Origin: Candidatus Sulfotelmatobacter sp.
GTDB taxonomy: Bacteria > Verrucomicrobiota > Verrucomicrobiia > Limisphaerales > UBA11358
NCBI GenBank assembly: GCA_035503455.1
Contig: DATJTK010000174.1
Location: 992 to 64,991 of the forward strand
Direction: 5' to 3'
DNA length: 64,000 nt
This document shows, one piece after another, positions 27,350 through 35,395 of this stretch. The translations under genes and the position numbers were made by a program. The notes beneath the pieces are model-generated. The model did not search any database, was not told where the DNA came from, and was given only the letters and a program-made list of their open reading frames with translations. Position 1 is the stretch's first letter; the number at the start of each line of letters is the position of its first letter.

Positions 27350-28447
27350 ATGCCCAAGGAAACTCCAAACGACCTCCGCCAACCCGCCGAAACCCTCTAC
27401 GCCGAAGAACTCGACGCGTTGATTAAAGCCGAGAAGAATCCAGTGCCCGCCGGCTGGCGGATGTCGCCGCGCTCGGTGCTCACCTACATTTGCGGAGGCA
27501 AATGCGGCAAGCTCGATATCACGCCCAAATACATCGGCCATCAGCGCCTGGTGGAAATTGCGATCTCGACGCTCGTCACGGACCGCGCATTGCTGCTCAT
27601 CGGCGAACCGGGCACGGCCAAGTCGTGGCTCTCCGAACATCTCGCCGCCGCCATCAACGGCGATTCCACCAAAGTCGTGCAAGGCACGGCGGGCACGACT
27701 GAGGAACAAATTCGTTACACCTGGAATTACGCCATGCTCATCGCGCGCGGCCCGAGCAACGAGTCGCTCATCAAGAGCCCCATCTTCCGCGCCATGGAAT
27801 CGGGCAGCATCGCGCGCTTCGAGGAAGTCACCCGTTGCGCTTCGGAAGTGCAGGACGCATTGATTTCCATTCTATCCGAAAAACGGCTCTCCGTTCCCGA
27901 ACTGGCCACCGAAATCCCCGCTCAACGCGGATTCTCGGTGATCGCCACGGCCAACACGCGTGACCGCGGCGTCAACGACATGTCCGCCGCCTTGAAACGC
28001 CGCTACAATATCGTCGTGCTGCCCGCGCCGGCGGATTTGGAAACCGAAGTATCCATCGTCACCAAACGCGTGAAGGAACTCGCCGGCAATCTGCAATTGC
28101 GCGCCGAAATTCCGCATGAGGACGCCATCATCAAAATTGTGACCATCTTCCGTGAACTGCGCGCCGGCCAGACGCTCGACGGGAAGAACAAGGTCAAGAC
28201 ACCGTCGGGCGTTCTTTCAACCGCCGAAGCGATCTCATTGCTCGCCAACAGCATGGCGCTCTCCGGCAACTTCGGCGACGGCAATGTCAGCGATAACGAC
28301 CTCGCTTCCGGCCTGCAGGGCGCGGTCATCAAGGATGACGACAAGGACCTGATCGTCTGGAAAGATTATCTGGCCAACGTGATGAAGAAGCGCGGCGCAA
28401 CCTGGCGCGGGCTGTACTCGGCATGTACAGAACACGCGGGGGAATAG
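27350..28447 (+). CDS. MoxR-type AAA+ ATPase (AAA_5; YehL-like)
   Basis: Walker A LLLIGEPGTAKSWL, a Walker B-like IARFEEVTRC followed by VQDALISILSEKRLSV, and sensor ATANTRDRG. 365 aa. Confidence 0.88.
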   Translation: MPKETPNDLRQPAETLYAEELDALIKAEKNPVPAGWRMSPRSVLTYICGGKCGKLDITPKYIGHQRLVEIAISTLVTDRALLLIGEPGTAKSWLSEHLAAAINGDSTKVVQGTAGTTEEQIRYTWNYAMLIARGPSNESLIKSPIFRAMESGSIARFEEVTRCASEVQDALISILSEKRLSVPELATEIPAQRGFSVIATANTRDRGVNDMSAALKRRYNIVVLPAPADLETEVSIVTKRVKELAGNLQLRAEIPHEDAIIKIVTIFRELRAGQTLDGKNKVKTPSGVLSTAEAISLLANSMALSGNFGDGNVSDNDLASGLQGAVIKDDDKDLIVWKDYLANVMKKRGATWRGLYSACTEHAGE

Positions 28448-28459
28448 TATCCTCAATTG

Positions 28460-30829
28460 ATGAGTGCCGCGCCCCATATCTTTGGCGTCCGCCATCTTTC
28501 ACCGGCGGCAGCGTGGCATTTGCGGCAGTTGCTGGATCGCGTCCGCCCAAAGCTCGTGTTGATCGAAGGTTCGGACGACGCGGACGAATTGATTCATCAC
28601 ATCGTCAGCCCGCAATCGAAACTGCCGATTGCGATTCTTGCCTATACCGCCGACGCGCCGGTGCGGACGTTTGTTTATCCGCTGGCATCCTATAGCCCGG
28701 AATACCAGGCGCTCGTCTGGTGCCAGCAAAACAAAGCGAAGGCCCGTTTCATCGATTTGCCGTCGTCTGTTTTTCTCGGCCTGATGGACCGGGACGATGG
28801 GACGGCGCCGGTTGAAAAAGATAAACCTGAGGAAGCCGACGAAAAACAAAAAGGAAAGGATAAGCCTACGTTGGCCCAACTCGTTAAGGACGAGGACGAG
28901 GACGAGAAAGTTGTCGAACAAAAACCCAGGCGGGAATCTATTTATGACCGCCTCGCAGAACTGGCCGGCGAACCCGACTACGAAACCTATTGGGAACGTC
29001 ATTTCGAGCAGTTGCACGCCAATGACAGTTACCTGAACGCCGCGCGCAGTTACGGCGCGGAATTGCGAGAGATGGAGGATTTTTCCACGCGTCACGCTGC
29101 CGAAAACCTGGTGCGCGAGGCCTACATGCGACGGAAGATTCAACAAGCAATCGCCGAAGGCTTCAAACCGGAGCAAATCGTGGTAGTGACCGGCGCATTT
29201 CATGCCACTGCCCTTGGCGCCGATTTGCCGCCGATGACCGATGAGGAATTCGCCAAACTCCGCAAGCGCGCGTCCAAAATGACGCTGATGCCGTATTCAT
29301 TTTTCAAATTGTCGTCGCAATCCGGTTACGGCGCGGGGAACCATGCGCCCGCTTACTTCGAACTCGTATGGAATTCCTTCAACGAGAATACAGCGCCCGA
29401 GTTGCCCGAATTATTTCTCACGAGCGTCGCCCGCGAGTTGCGGTCATCCGGCACTTTTCGTTCAACTGCCGAGGTCATTGATGGCGTTCGCCTGGCCGAG
29501 ACGATGGCCGGGATGAAGAGTTCGCGTCCGACCTTGCGTGAACTCCAGGATGCCGCAGTAACGTTGCTCGGCCAGGGTGATCCGGCGGTCGTTCGCGAAT
29601 CATTGTTGCGCGTGGAAGTGGGCACTGCCATCGGCGCGCTGGCCAAGGGCGTCAGTCAAACTTCGATTCAGGACGATTTTTACCGTGAATTGAGCCGGCT
29701 GAAATTGGAGCAATTCAAGACGGGCGTGAAGCGCGATCTCGATCTCGACCTGCGGGAGAATCGCCGGGTCAAGAGCGCGGAAGCTGCGTTCCTCGATTTG
29801 CATCGCTCCAGTTTTCTGCATCGGCTTGCGGTGCTCGAAGTGCCATTCGCGCAAAAGCAGGCGGTGCGACAGGACGGAACAACCTGGGCCGAACGCTGGG
29901 CGCTGCAATGGACGCCGGAGGCCGAAATCGCGATTGTCGAAGCGGTGTTGCTGGGCGAGACGATCGAACTGGCGGTCGCCTTCAAGTTTAAGCAGCAGCT
30001 TGAGAAATGCACGGTGATTGCTGAAGCCGCCCAGGTCATTCGGCGCGCATGCGAATGCGGGATGAGCGGCTCAATTGAACTCGCGCGCCAGACCCTGCAA
30101 CGGCTCGCGAACGATTCTTCGGAATTCACAGCATTGGCCGGCGCGGCCGCTGAACTGGGTCTGGTGATTCGCTACGGCGACGTCCGCCAATTCGACGCCG
30201 AGCCGCTCAAACCGTTGCTCGAACAGTTGTTTCTCGAAGGCGCGCTCGGGCTCGTCGGCGCGTCGAACTGCGATCTTGCCGCCGCAAAGGCGATGCTCAT
30301 AGGCGTCAACGAAATGAACAAAGTCGCGCTGGATTACACGTCGTTGATTGACGAACCGCTCTGGATATCCGAACTCCAAAAGCTCGCCCAGGCCGACCAT
30401 TTGAATCCAATGCTGTCCGGTTACGCCTGCGCCCTGCTCGTCGAGCGTGGATTGATTTCGAACGAAGAACTGGCGAAGGAAGTTTCGCGCCGGCTGTCGC
30501 CGGGCATCGCCGCCGATTTGGGCGCAGGATGGTTTGAGGGCCTGGCGCAGCGAAATCGTTACGCGTTGCTGACGCGCCTCGCGCTCTGGGAACAACTCGA
30601 TAGTTACGTCGGCGCATTGACGGAGGAGGAATTCAAGCGCGCGCTCGTGTTTCTTCGCCGCGCGTTTGGCGATTTTTCGCCGCAGGAAAAACACAGCATC
30701 ACCGAAAACCTCGGCGAAATCTGGGGCGTGAACAAGGATGCGGCGAGCGAAGTGTTGAGCGCGGAACTGAACGAAGACGAAAAGAAAAAGCTCGATGAAC
30801 TGAGTGATTTCAATTTTGAGGAACTGTAA
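28460..30829 (+). CDS. DUF5682 family protein (YehM-like)
   Basis: About 789 aa. The N-terminus HIFGVRHLSPAAAWHLRQLLDRVRPKLVLIEGSDD fits the DUF5682 pattern as I remember it. There is an acidic insert (DEDEDE) and a long helical C-terminus. The track start at 28457 is TTG; ATG is at 28460. Confidence 0.72.
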   Translation: MSAAPHIFGVRHLSPAAAWHLRQLLDRVRPKLVLIEGSDDADELIHHIVSPQSKLPIAILAYTADAPVRTFVYPLASYSPEYQALVWCQQNKAKARFIDLPSSVFLGLMDRDDGTAPVEKDKPEEADEKQKGKDKPTLAQLVKDEDEDEKVVEQKPRRESIYDRLAELAGEPDYETYWERHFEQLHANDSYLNAARSYGAELREMEDFSTRHAAENLVREAYMRRKIQQAIAEGFKPEQIVVVTGAFHATALGADLPPMTDEEFAKLRKRASKMTLMPYSFFKLSSQSGYGAGNHAPAYFELVWNSFNENTAPELPELFLTSVARELRSSGTFRSTAEVIDGVRLAETMAGMKSSRPTLRELQDAAVTLLGQGDPAVVRESLLRVEVGTAIGALAKGVSQTSIQDDFYRELSRLKLEQFKTGVKRDLDLDLRENRRVKSAEAAFLDLHRSSFLHRLAVLEVPFAQKQAVRQDGTTWAERWALQWTPEAEIAIVEAVLLGETIELAVAFKFKQQLEKCTVIAEAAQVIRRACECGMSGSIELARQTLQRLANDSSEFTALAGAAAELGLVIRYGDVRQFDAEPLKPLLEQLFLEGALGLVGASNCDLAAAKAMLIGVNEMNKVALDYTSLIDEPLWISELQKLAQADHLNPMLSGYACALLVERGLISNEELAKEVSRRLSPGIAADLGAGWFEGLAQRNRYALLTRLALWEQLDSYVGALTEEEFKRALVFLRRAFGDFSPQEKHSITENLGEIWGVNKDAASEVLSAELNEDEKKKLDELSDFNFEEL

Positions 30830-32034
30830 TGCCAAACCCGGTGAACCAGGAACAATTGAAGCGCTGGCGGCTGATTCTCGGCCGGCACGCGCAGGATTCC
30901 CTTGCCCAGATGGGCGGCGGCGGACTCGAACTTTCGCCTGACCAAATTGGCATGGACGAAGCGCTCGCGGCCATTTACGACGAATCTTCCGGCGAAGCCG
31001 ACGGACAGCGTGGCCGGCAACGAAGCGCAGGCCTCGGCCCTTCCGCGCCAAATCTGGCAAAGTGGCTGGGGGACATCCGCAATTATTTCAAGGAAGACGT
31101 CGTCACCGTCATCCAAAACGACGCCATCGAGCGCAAAGGACTCACACAACTCCTATTTGAACCGGAATTGCTGAAGAATGTCGATCCGAATCCGCAACTC
31201 GTCGGCACGTTGATGTCGCTGAAAGGCCGCATCCCGGAACGGACGAAGGAAACGGCGCGCATGGTCGTGCGCGCGGTGGTCGAAAAGATCAAACGCCTGC
31301 TCGAACAACGCATCCGCCAGGCCGTGCTGGGCGCGCTCAATCGAAAAGAACATTCGCCCCTGCCCAACTCCGCGAACATCGACTGGAAATGGACCATTGG
31401 CCGCAACTTGAAAAATTACCAGCCGGCGCTTGGAACGATCGTGCCGGAGCGAGTTTACTTTTACTCGCGCGCCCAGCGCTCGAACAATTGGACCGTCATC
31501 GTCTGCATGGACCAAAGCGGTTCGATGGCCGAATCGGTCGTTTACGGCTCCGTGACCGGCTCGATTTTCGCCTCACTGCCCGCGCTCGACACTCGAGTGG
31601 TTGCGTTCGACACCAATATCGTGGACCTGACTGAACAATGCGGCAACGACCCGGTGGATATGATTTTCGGCGTCCAACTCGGCGGCGGGACGGACATCAA
31701 CAAAGCCATGGCATATTGCGAGCAATTCATCACCGACCCCGGCCAGACCATTTTTTTCCTTATCAGCGACCTTATCGAAGGCGGCAATCAGTCCCAACTC
31801 ATCCGCCGCATGCATGAAATGGCGGCCTCGGGCGTGCGTGTCATCACGCTGCTGGCTTTGTCAGACAGCGGCATCCCAATGTTTGACGAACAAGTCGCCA
31901 AAAAACTATCCGCCGGAGGAGTGCCCTGTTTCGGTTGCACTCCCAACAAACTCCCCGAACTCATTGAGGGCGTTCTCAAGAAGCATGATTTGAAAGCCCT
32001 GGCCGCGCGCCTGGCGACGAAGAAGGAGAAGTAA
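30829..32034 (+). CDS. VWA domain protein, CoxE-like (YehP-like)
   Basis: 401 aa with MIDAS VCMDQSGSM, then GGGTDINKAM and FLISDLIEGG. Its start overlaps the previous stop (TAATG). Confidence 0.85.
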   Translation: MPNPVNQEQLKRWRLILGRHAQDSLAQMGGGGLELSPDQIGMDEALAAIYDESSGEADGQRGRQRSAGLGPSAPNLAKWLGDIRNYFKEDVVTVIQNDAIERKGLTQLLFEPELLKNVDPNPQLVGTLMSLKGRIPERTKETARMVVRAVVEKIKRLLEQRIRQAVLGALNRKEHSPLPNSANIDWKWTIGRNLKNYQPALGTIVPERVYFYSRAQRSNNWTVIVCMDQSGSMAESVVYGSVTGSIFASLPALDTRVVAFDTNIVDLTEQCGNDPVDMIFGVQLGGGTDINKAMAYCEQFITDPGQTIFFLISDLIEGGNQSQLIRRMHEMAASGVRVITLLALSDSGIPMFDEQVAKKLSAGGVPCFGCTPNKLPELIEGVLKKHDLKALAARLATKKEK

Positions 32035-32329
32035 GACACGGAAGAAAATCCGCGCAGGTATCAGTCACGATGCTATCAACAATCTCGCCGCCCCGAACCA
32101 AAGAAATACCCGCGCGACCGCAAAGCATCTGCCAACTTTTACCATCGCTGGAAAATGTCCATAGCTCATCTCCGTCCTGCATCATCATAACGATCTTGCG
32201 CCATTGAGCGTTTTGAAATCCAAATGGAATACCGGCCGGGCCGAGCCGCGAATCTTCGAACGTGTTTTCTGCCTCAGCTTGCTCTCGTGTGACCTTATGT
32301 TTGAGCCATTCTTTGTGCATAACAATCAC
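31976..32329 (-). CDS. Hypothetical small protein
   Basis: 117-aa ORF convergent with the VWA gene, overlapping its 3' end by 59 nt. The core ...FGFQNAQWRKIVMMMQDGDELWTFSSDGKSWQMLCGRAGISLVRGGEIVDSIVT looks like a real globular domain, while the tail looks like read-through. Confidence 0.4.
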   Translation of the reverse strand: MIVMHKEWLKHKVTREQAEAENTFEDSRLGPAGIPFGFQNAQWRKIVMMMQDGDELWTFSSDGKSWQMLCGRAGISLVRGGEIVDSIVTDTCADFLPCLTSPSSSPGARPGLSNHAS

Positions 32330-32433
32330 CTCCAGGCATTGACTATAACCGAAAAACGCAGGAACGCAAATTTGGCCGAAATCGAGAAACTTTTCAGGAG
32401 CCCGGGTGTTTTCTGACTAACGGCGCATTCGGT

Positions 32434-34095
32434 TTGACCGAAACAGAAAACAAGATTTTTGATATGGAAACCTCAACAAGTCCGGCGGTCAGGTCTCAAC
32501 CAGCCGCGAATCCATTTTTCGGCTGGCTCCATTCGATGTGCAAACGGATCATGGCGGGCAATCCATTCTATTTGGCGAGCGCCGGACTTCTCCTCTACGG
32601 CATCAACCAATTGACTACGGATTCCAAATTGGTTGGCGCGGAGTTTCCGATGTTGCGGTTCAATTTCTGCGCCCTGTTTCTGTACGAAATCATGCTGGTC
32701 GGCACCGCCATAATGCTGATTCGCCGCAGGATTTGGTATGACGCCCTGTTGTTATTTGGCCTGACCAATCTCTTTGTCATCGTGCCATTCAGCCTGATCA
32801 GTCGGGCAGTGTTTCTCAGTTCGCACCTCGCGCTGGCCATGAGCATTTGCGGCGCTGCGCTGGCGGTCGCCAAATTTTGGGCGTTCAAACGATATGCGCC
32901 CGAGCTTAATTTGCCACGAAGGCTTCTATTCTTCGGCGTGTTATTGCTGCTTGTGAACGCTTCGGCCCCGCTGCTTTTCAAAAGAATCGCACTGGACCTG
33001 GACCATGTTAGCAAGTGGCTTAACTTCATCTGGGAATTTCTCCTCCCGGCATTGGCTGGACTCGGAATATTCCTTCCGCGTCAGGCATGGCGGACCGGGA
33101 GGTCCGCCCTACCGTTTCGCGGTGGCACGCCGGGAGGAGAAAAATGGCTGCCCACTGCGATTTTCTCCGGCTGGACGATCGTTACCGCTTTTCACTTCGG
33201 CGGCATCGGATACTCGAACAGTTACGTTTGGAATTGGCCGCTGCTGGTGCCAATAGCTTGGGTGGTAACATGGACAGCCTATGTTCGAATCACGGATTTC
33301 ATCACCAGGCCAAACCGGCTCATTGAACAAATCGTGTTGTCCGTGCCTCTGTTGCCGCCTTTACTGGCCGTCCAATCGGAAGGGATATTAACGGTATTTG
33401 CGGGGTTAAATCTCGTTATTTACGGGTCACTGTTTATTCGCAAGGATCGAAATTTCCTGGCCCTGACCCGATTGCTTGGCGCCATTGCGATTCTTGCCGG
33501 CACTTTGCCAATGTCCTGGATTAGTCACATCGTGCCGAGCGTTGAGCGCCCGGAATGGGCCATGCTTTCGGTATTTGCGTGTTTCTTCTGGCTCATATTC
33601 TGGTCTCGCGATCCTCGCATAGCGTTGTTCGGCGCGTTGAGTCTAATCGGCCTCTGTTTTTGGTATGCCCCGGAATTCGGGCAGTACGCCTTCCAGGTGG
33701 CGCTGGTGTCATTGCTGGCCCACAGCCTGCGCTGGGAAGAGCAAGTACACAAGGGCGCGACGATACTTTGTTTTGTCGCGAGCATGCTATGGTCGTTGGT
33801 GTCGTGTTCGTGGTTATTTGACTCGGTCCACCCGGAGCGGCTTCTCGTTGACTCGGCTGCAGGGGTACTTCTAGCGGTCTATTTGCTGCACGCGACCATA
33901 TTTCGACGCTGGAAACGCTTGATCGTTCCGATTAGCGCAGCGTCTGTCCTGGCCTCGGAGCCAGCCATGATTGTGGGAAAGTGGCTTAACGGTGATACGC
34001 CTGGAATGCTCGCCGTCATCGGCAGTTTTATATTATTCGCGCTGGGCAGCATCGCTGCGTTCTCCAAACCAAAATGGTGGCCTCCCGGCCCGTAG
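32434..34095 (+). CDS. Polytopic integral membrane protein, hypothetical
   Basis: 553 aa with at least 12 hydrophobic helices and no motif I recognise. The start codon is non-ATG in the track. The stop codon lies inside the terminal repeat of the element at 34092. Confidence 0.6.
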   Translation: MTETENKIFDMETSTSPAVRSQPAANPFFGWLHSMCKRIMAGNPFYLASAGLLLYGINQLTTDSKLVGAEFPMLRFNFCALFLYEIMLVGTAIMLIRRRIWYDALLLFGLTNLFVIVPFSLISRAVFLSSHLALAMSICGAALAVAKFWAFKRYAPELNLPRRLLFFGVLLLLVNASAPLLFKRIALDLDHVSKWLNFIWEFLLPALAGLGIFLPRQAWRTGRSALPFRGGTPGGEKWLPTAIFSGWTIVTAFHFGGIGYSNSYVWNWPLLVPIAWVVTWTAYVRITDFITRPNRLIEQIVLSVPLLPPLLAVQSEGILTVFAGLNLVIYGSLFIRKDRNFLALTRLLGAIAILAGTLPMSWISHIVPSVERPEWAMLSVFACFFWLIFWSRDPRIALFGALSLIGLCFWYAPEFGQYAFQVALVSLLAHSLRWEEQVHKGATILCFVASMLWSLVSCSWLFDSVHPERLLVDSAAGVLLAVYLLHATIFRRWKRLIVPISAASVLASEPAMIVGKWLNGDTPGMLAVIGSFILFALGSIAAFSKPKWWPPGP

Positions 34096-34272
34096 CGCAG
34101 GTTTCCAAACCTGCCGTATCGCCGATTTCTAAATCGGCTAGCCGTCCGAACGCGGACCACCGCAAGCTCCCGGAACACCGTGGCGTGGGTTTCCAAATCG
34201 GCAGTCGAGCGACCACGAACGATCAGCAGGTTTGGAAACCTGCGATACAGCAGACTTGGAAGTCTGCGCTAC
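34092..34272. repeat. MITE/REP-like element with terminal inverted repeats GTAGCGCAG...CTGCGCTAC and internal GCAGGTTTCCAAACCTGC-type hairpins
   Basis: The ends read gtagcgcaggtttccaaacctgccgtatcgccgatttctaaatcggc... and ...cagcaggtttggaaacctgcgatacagcagacttggaagtctgcgctac. Related full copy at 40985-41147, half copy at 55995-56061. Confidence 0.65.
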
Positions 34273-34691
34273 GGTTCATGGCCCAGCTCTGCTTCAAGTT
34301 CGCTTACTCGATACTGTACGTTGTCACCGTAGCCCCACCCGATTCTTTGGGCACTAGAGCCCAATTTTTGAATGCGCTCCCGAAAGCGAGGATATGATTC
34401 GGGACATTCGCGCCAAAGGTGCTGAGCCATTTCGTTCAGCACGGACTCCAGACTGGTATAAAACGGCGCCTCTATATCGCCAAATTGTTTTGTAAACTCG
34501 GTGCCATTTTCCACATAGGTCAGCATTAAATCGATCGTGCCTTCCAAATTGCCAGTAGCTTTGCGGTAATCGCGAATGGCCTTGCGCGCTTCAGCGAGTT
34601 TGAGTTTTCCAAAGCCACGTGACGGGAAGAATTGCTCCACAATCTTGCGACGATATTTTTCCAGACCCGGTCCGGCCTTTTCATCGGCCAT
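34269..34691 (-). CDS. Hypothetical helical protein
   Basis: 140 aa. KLKLAEARKAIRDYRKATGNLEGTIDLMLTYVENGTEFTKQFGDIEAPFYTSLESVLNEM looks like a conserved helical family (possibly DUF6155-like, from memory, unverified). Confidence 0.5.
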   Translation of the reverse strand: MADEKAGPGLEKYRRKIVEQFFPSRGFGKLKLAEARKAIRDYRKATGNLEGTIDLMLTYVENGTEFTKQFGDIEAPFYTSLESVLNEMAQHLWRECPESYPRFRERIQKLGSSAQRIGWGYGDNVQYRVSELEAELGHEP

Positions 34692-34855
34692 GAAACGAGC
34701 TTGTAGAAAATCGCGATTCCCCGCCGAAAGTTCATAGAGGCTTCACCAGCGCAATCAACGCCGGCTTCGACCAACCATTCAGCTGTCGGCGCACACTTTG
34801 CCAGCCTGTAAATTTATTCTCTGCCATGTGAAATTTCAATAATCGTTGGCACGTC

Positions 34856-35311
34856 TCATTTTAGAAAATCCGTCAGCGCCCGCCAGTGGCTTCCCGCGTC
34901 GAATGCTTCTCTATCGATCAACCGAAGCCGTCTGGTTAAATCTTCAAGGTCTTGTTTGGCGGAAGAAAAATATTCGTTCAACAGTCTAAAGCTTGTCGCA
35001 AACCGATCAACACTCGTGTTTAGAACGCTCAGCGGCTGTTCCAATTCCACGTCAATCCGTACAACGGAACCGCCTATCTCGTCGGCGCAAACGAACGCGC
35101 TGCCAGCATTCGGGAATTTCTCCTCACCAAATACTCGGTATCGGAGCCAGTCCGGTGGTAAAGGGGGCCCGCCGACAACAGGTTCTGTGGTCACTGGCCG
35201 CAAATGCCACATGAGTCTTGAGAAATTAAATGAAACCCATGTTTCCCGAAACTGCCACCTTGCCCGATTCGGCAGCGAATCGACCAATTGCTTTTGAAAT
35301 TCGGGATTCAC
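34856..35311 (-). CDS. Hypothetical protein, possibly SUKH/SMI1-KNR4-like immunity-type fold
   Basis: 151 aa. LPPDWLRYRVFGEEKFPNAGSAFVCADEIGGSVVRIDVE...LNEYF vaguely resembles SUKH family patterns. This is a weak call. Confidence 0.4.
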   Translation of the reverse strand: MNPEFQKQLVDSLPNRARWQFRETWVSFNFSRLMWHLRPVTTEPVVGGPPLPPDWLRYRVFGEEKFPNAGSAFVCADEIGGSVVRIDVELEQPLSVLNTSVDRFATSFRLLNEYFSSAKQDLEDLTRRLRLIDREAFDAGSHWRALTDFLK

Positions 35312-35360
35312 ATTTCATCATAAGGTGCTGGCCCAAATCAAATCGTCGTTCGGCTGCAGC

Positions 35361-35394
35361 ATCTGTGTTTCATCTGTGCCCATCTGTGGCTAAA
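35361..35394 (-). repeat. 34-bp repeat, exact inverted copy of 9222-9255
   Basis: atctgtgtttcatctgtgcccatctgtggctaaa. It lies 1 nt from the stop codon of the SWIM-ligase-WGR gene. Confidence 0.8.
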
Positions 35395-35395
35395 A

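Noticed and set aside
30071-31060. 329-aa minus-strand ORF across the DUF5682/VWA junction
   Set aside because: It is antisense to two tightly coupled plus-strand genes and is Arg-rich and low-complexity.
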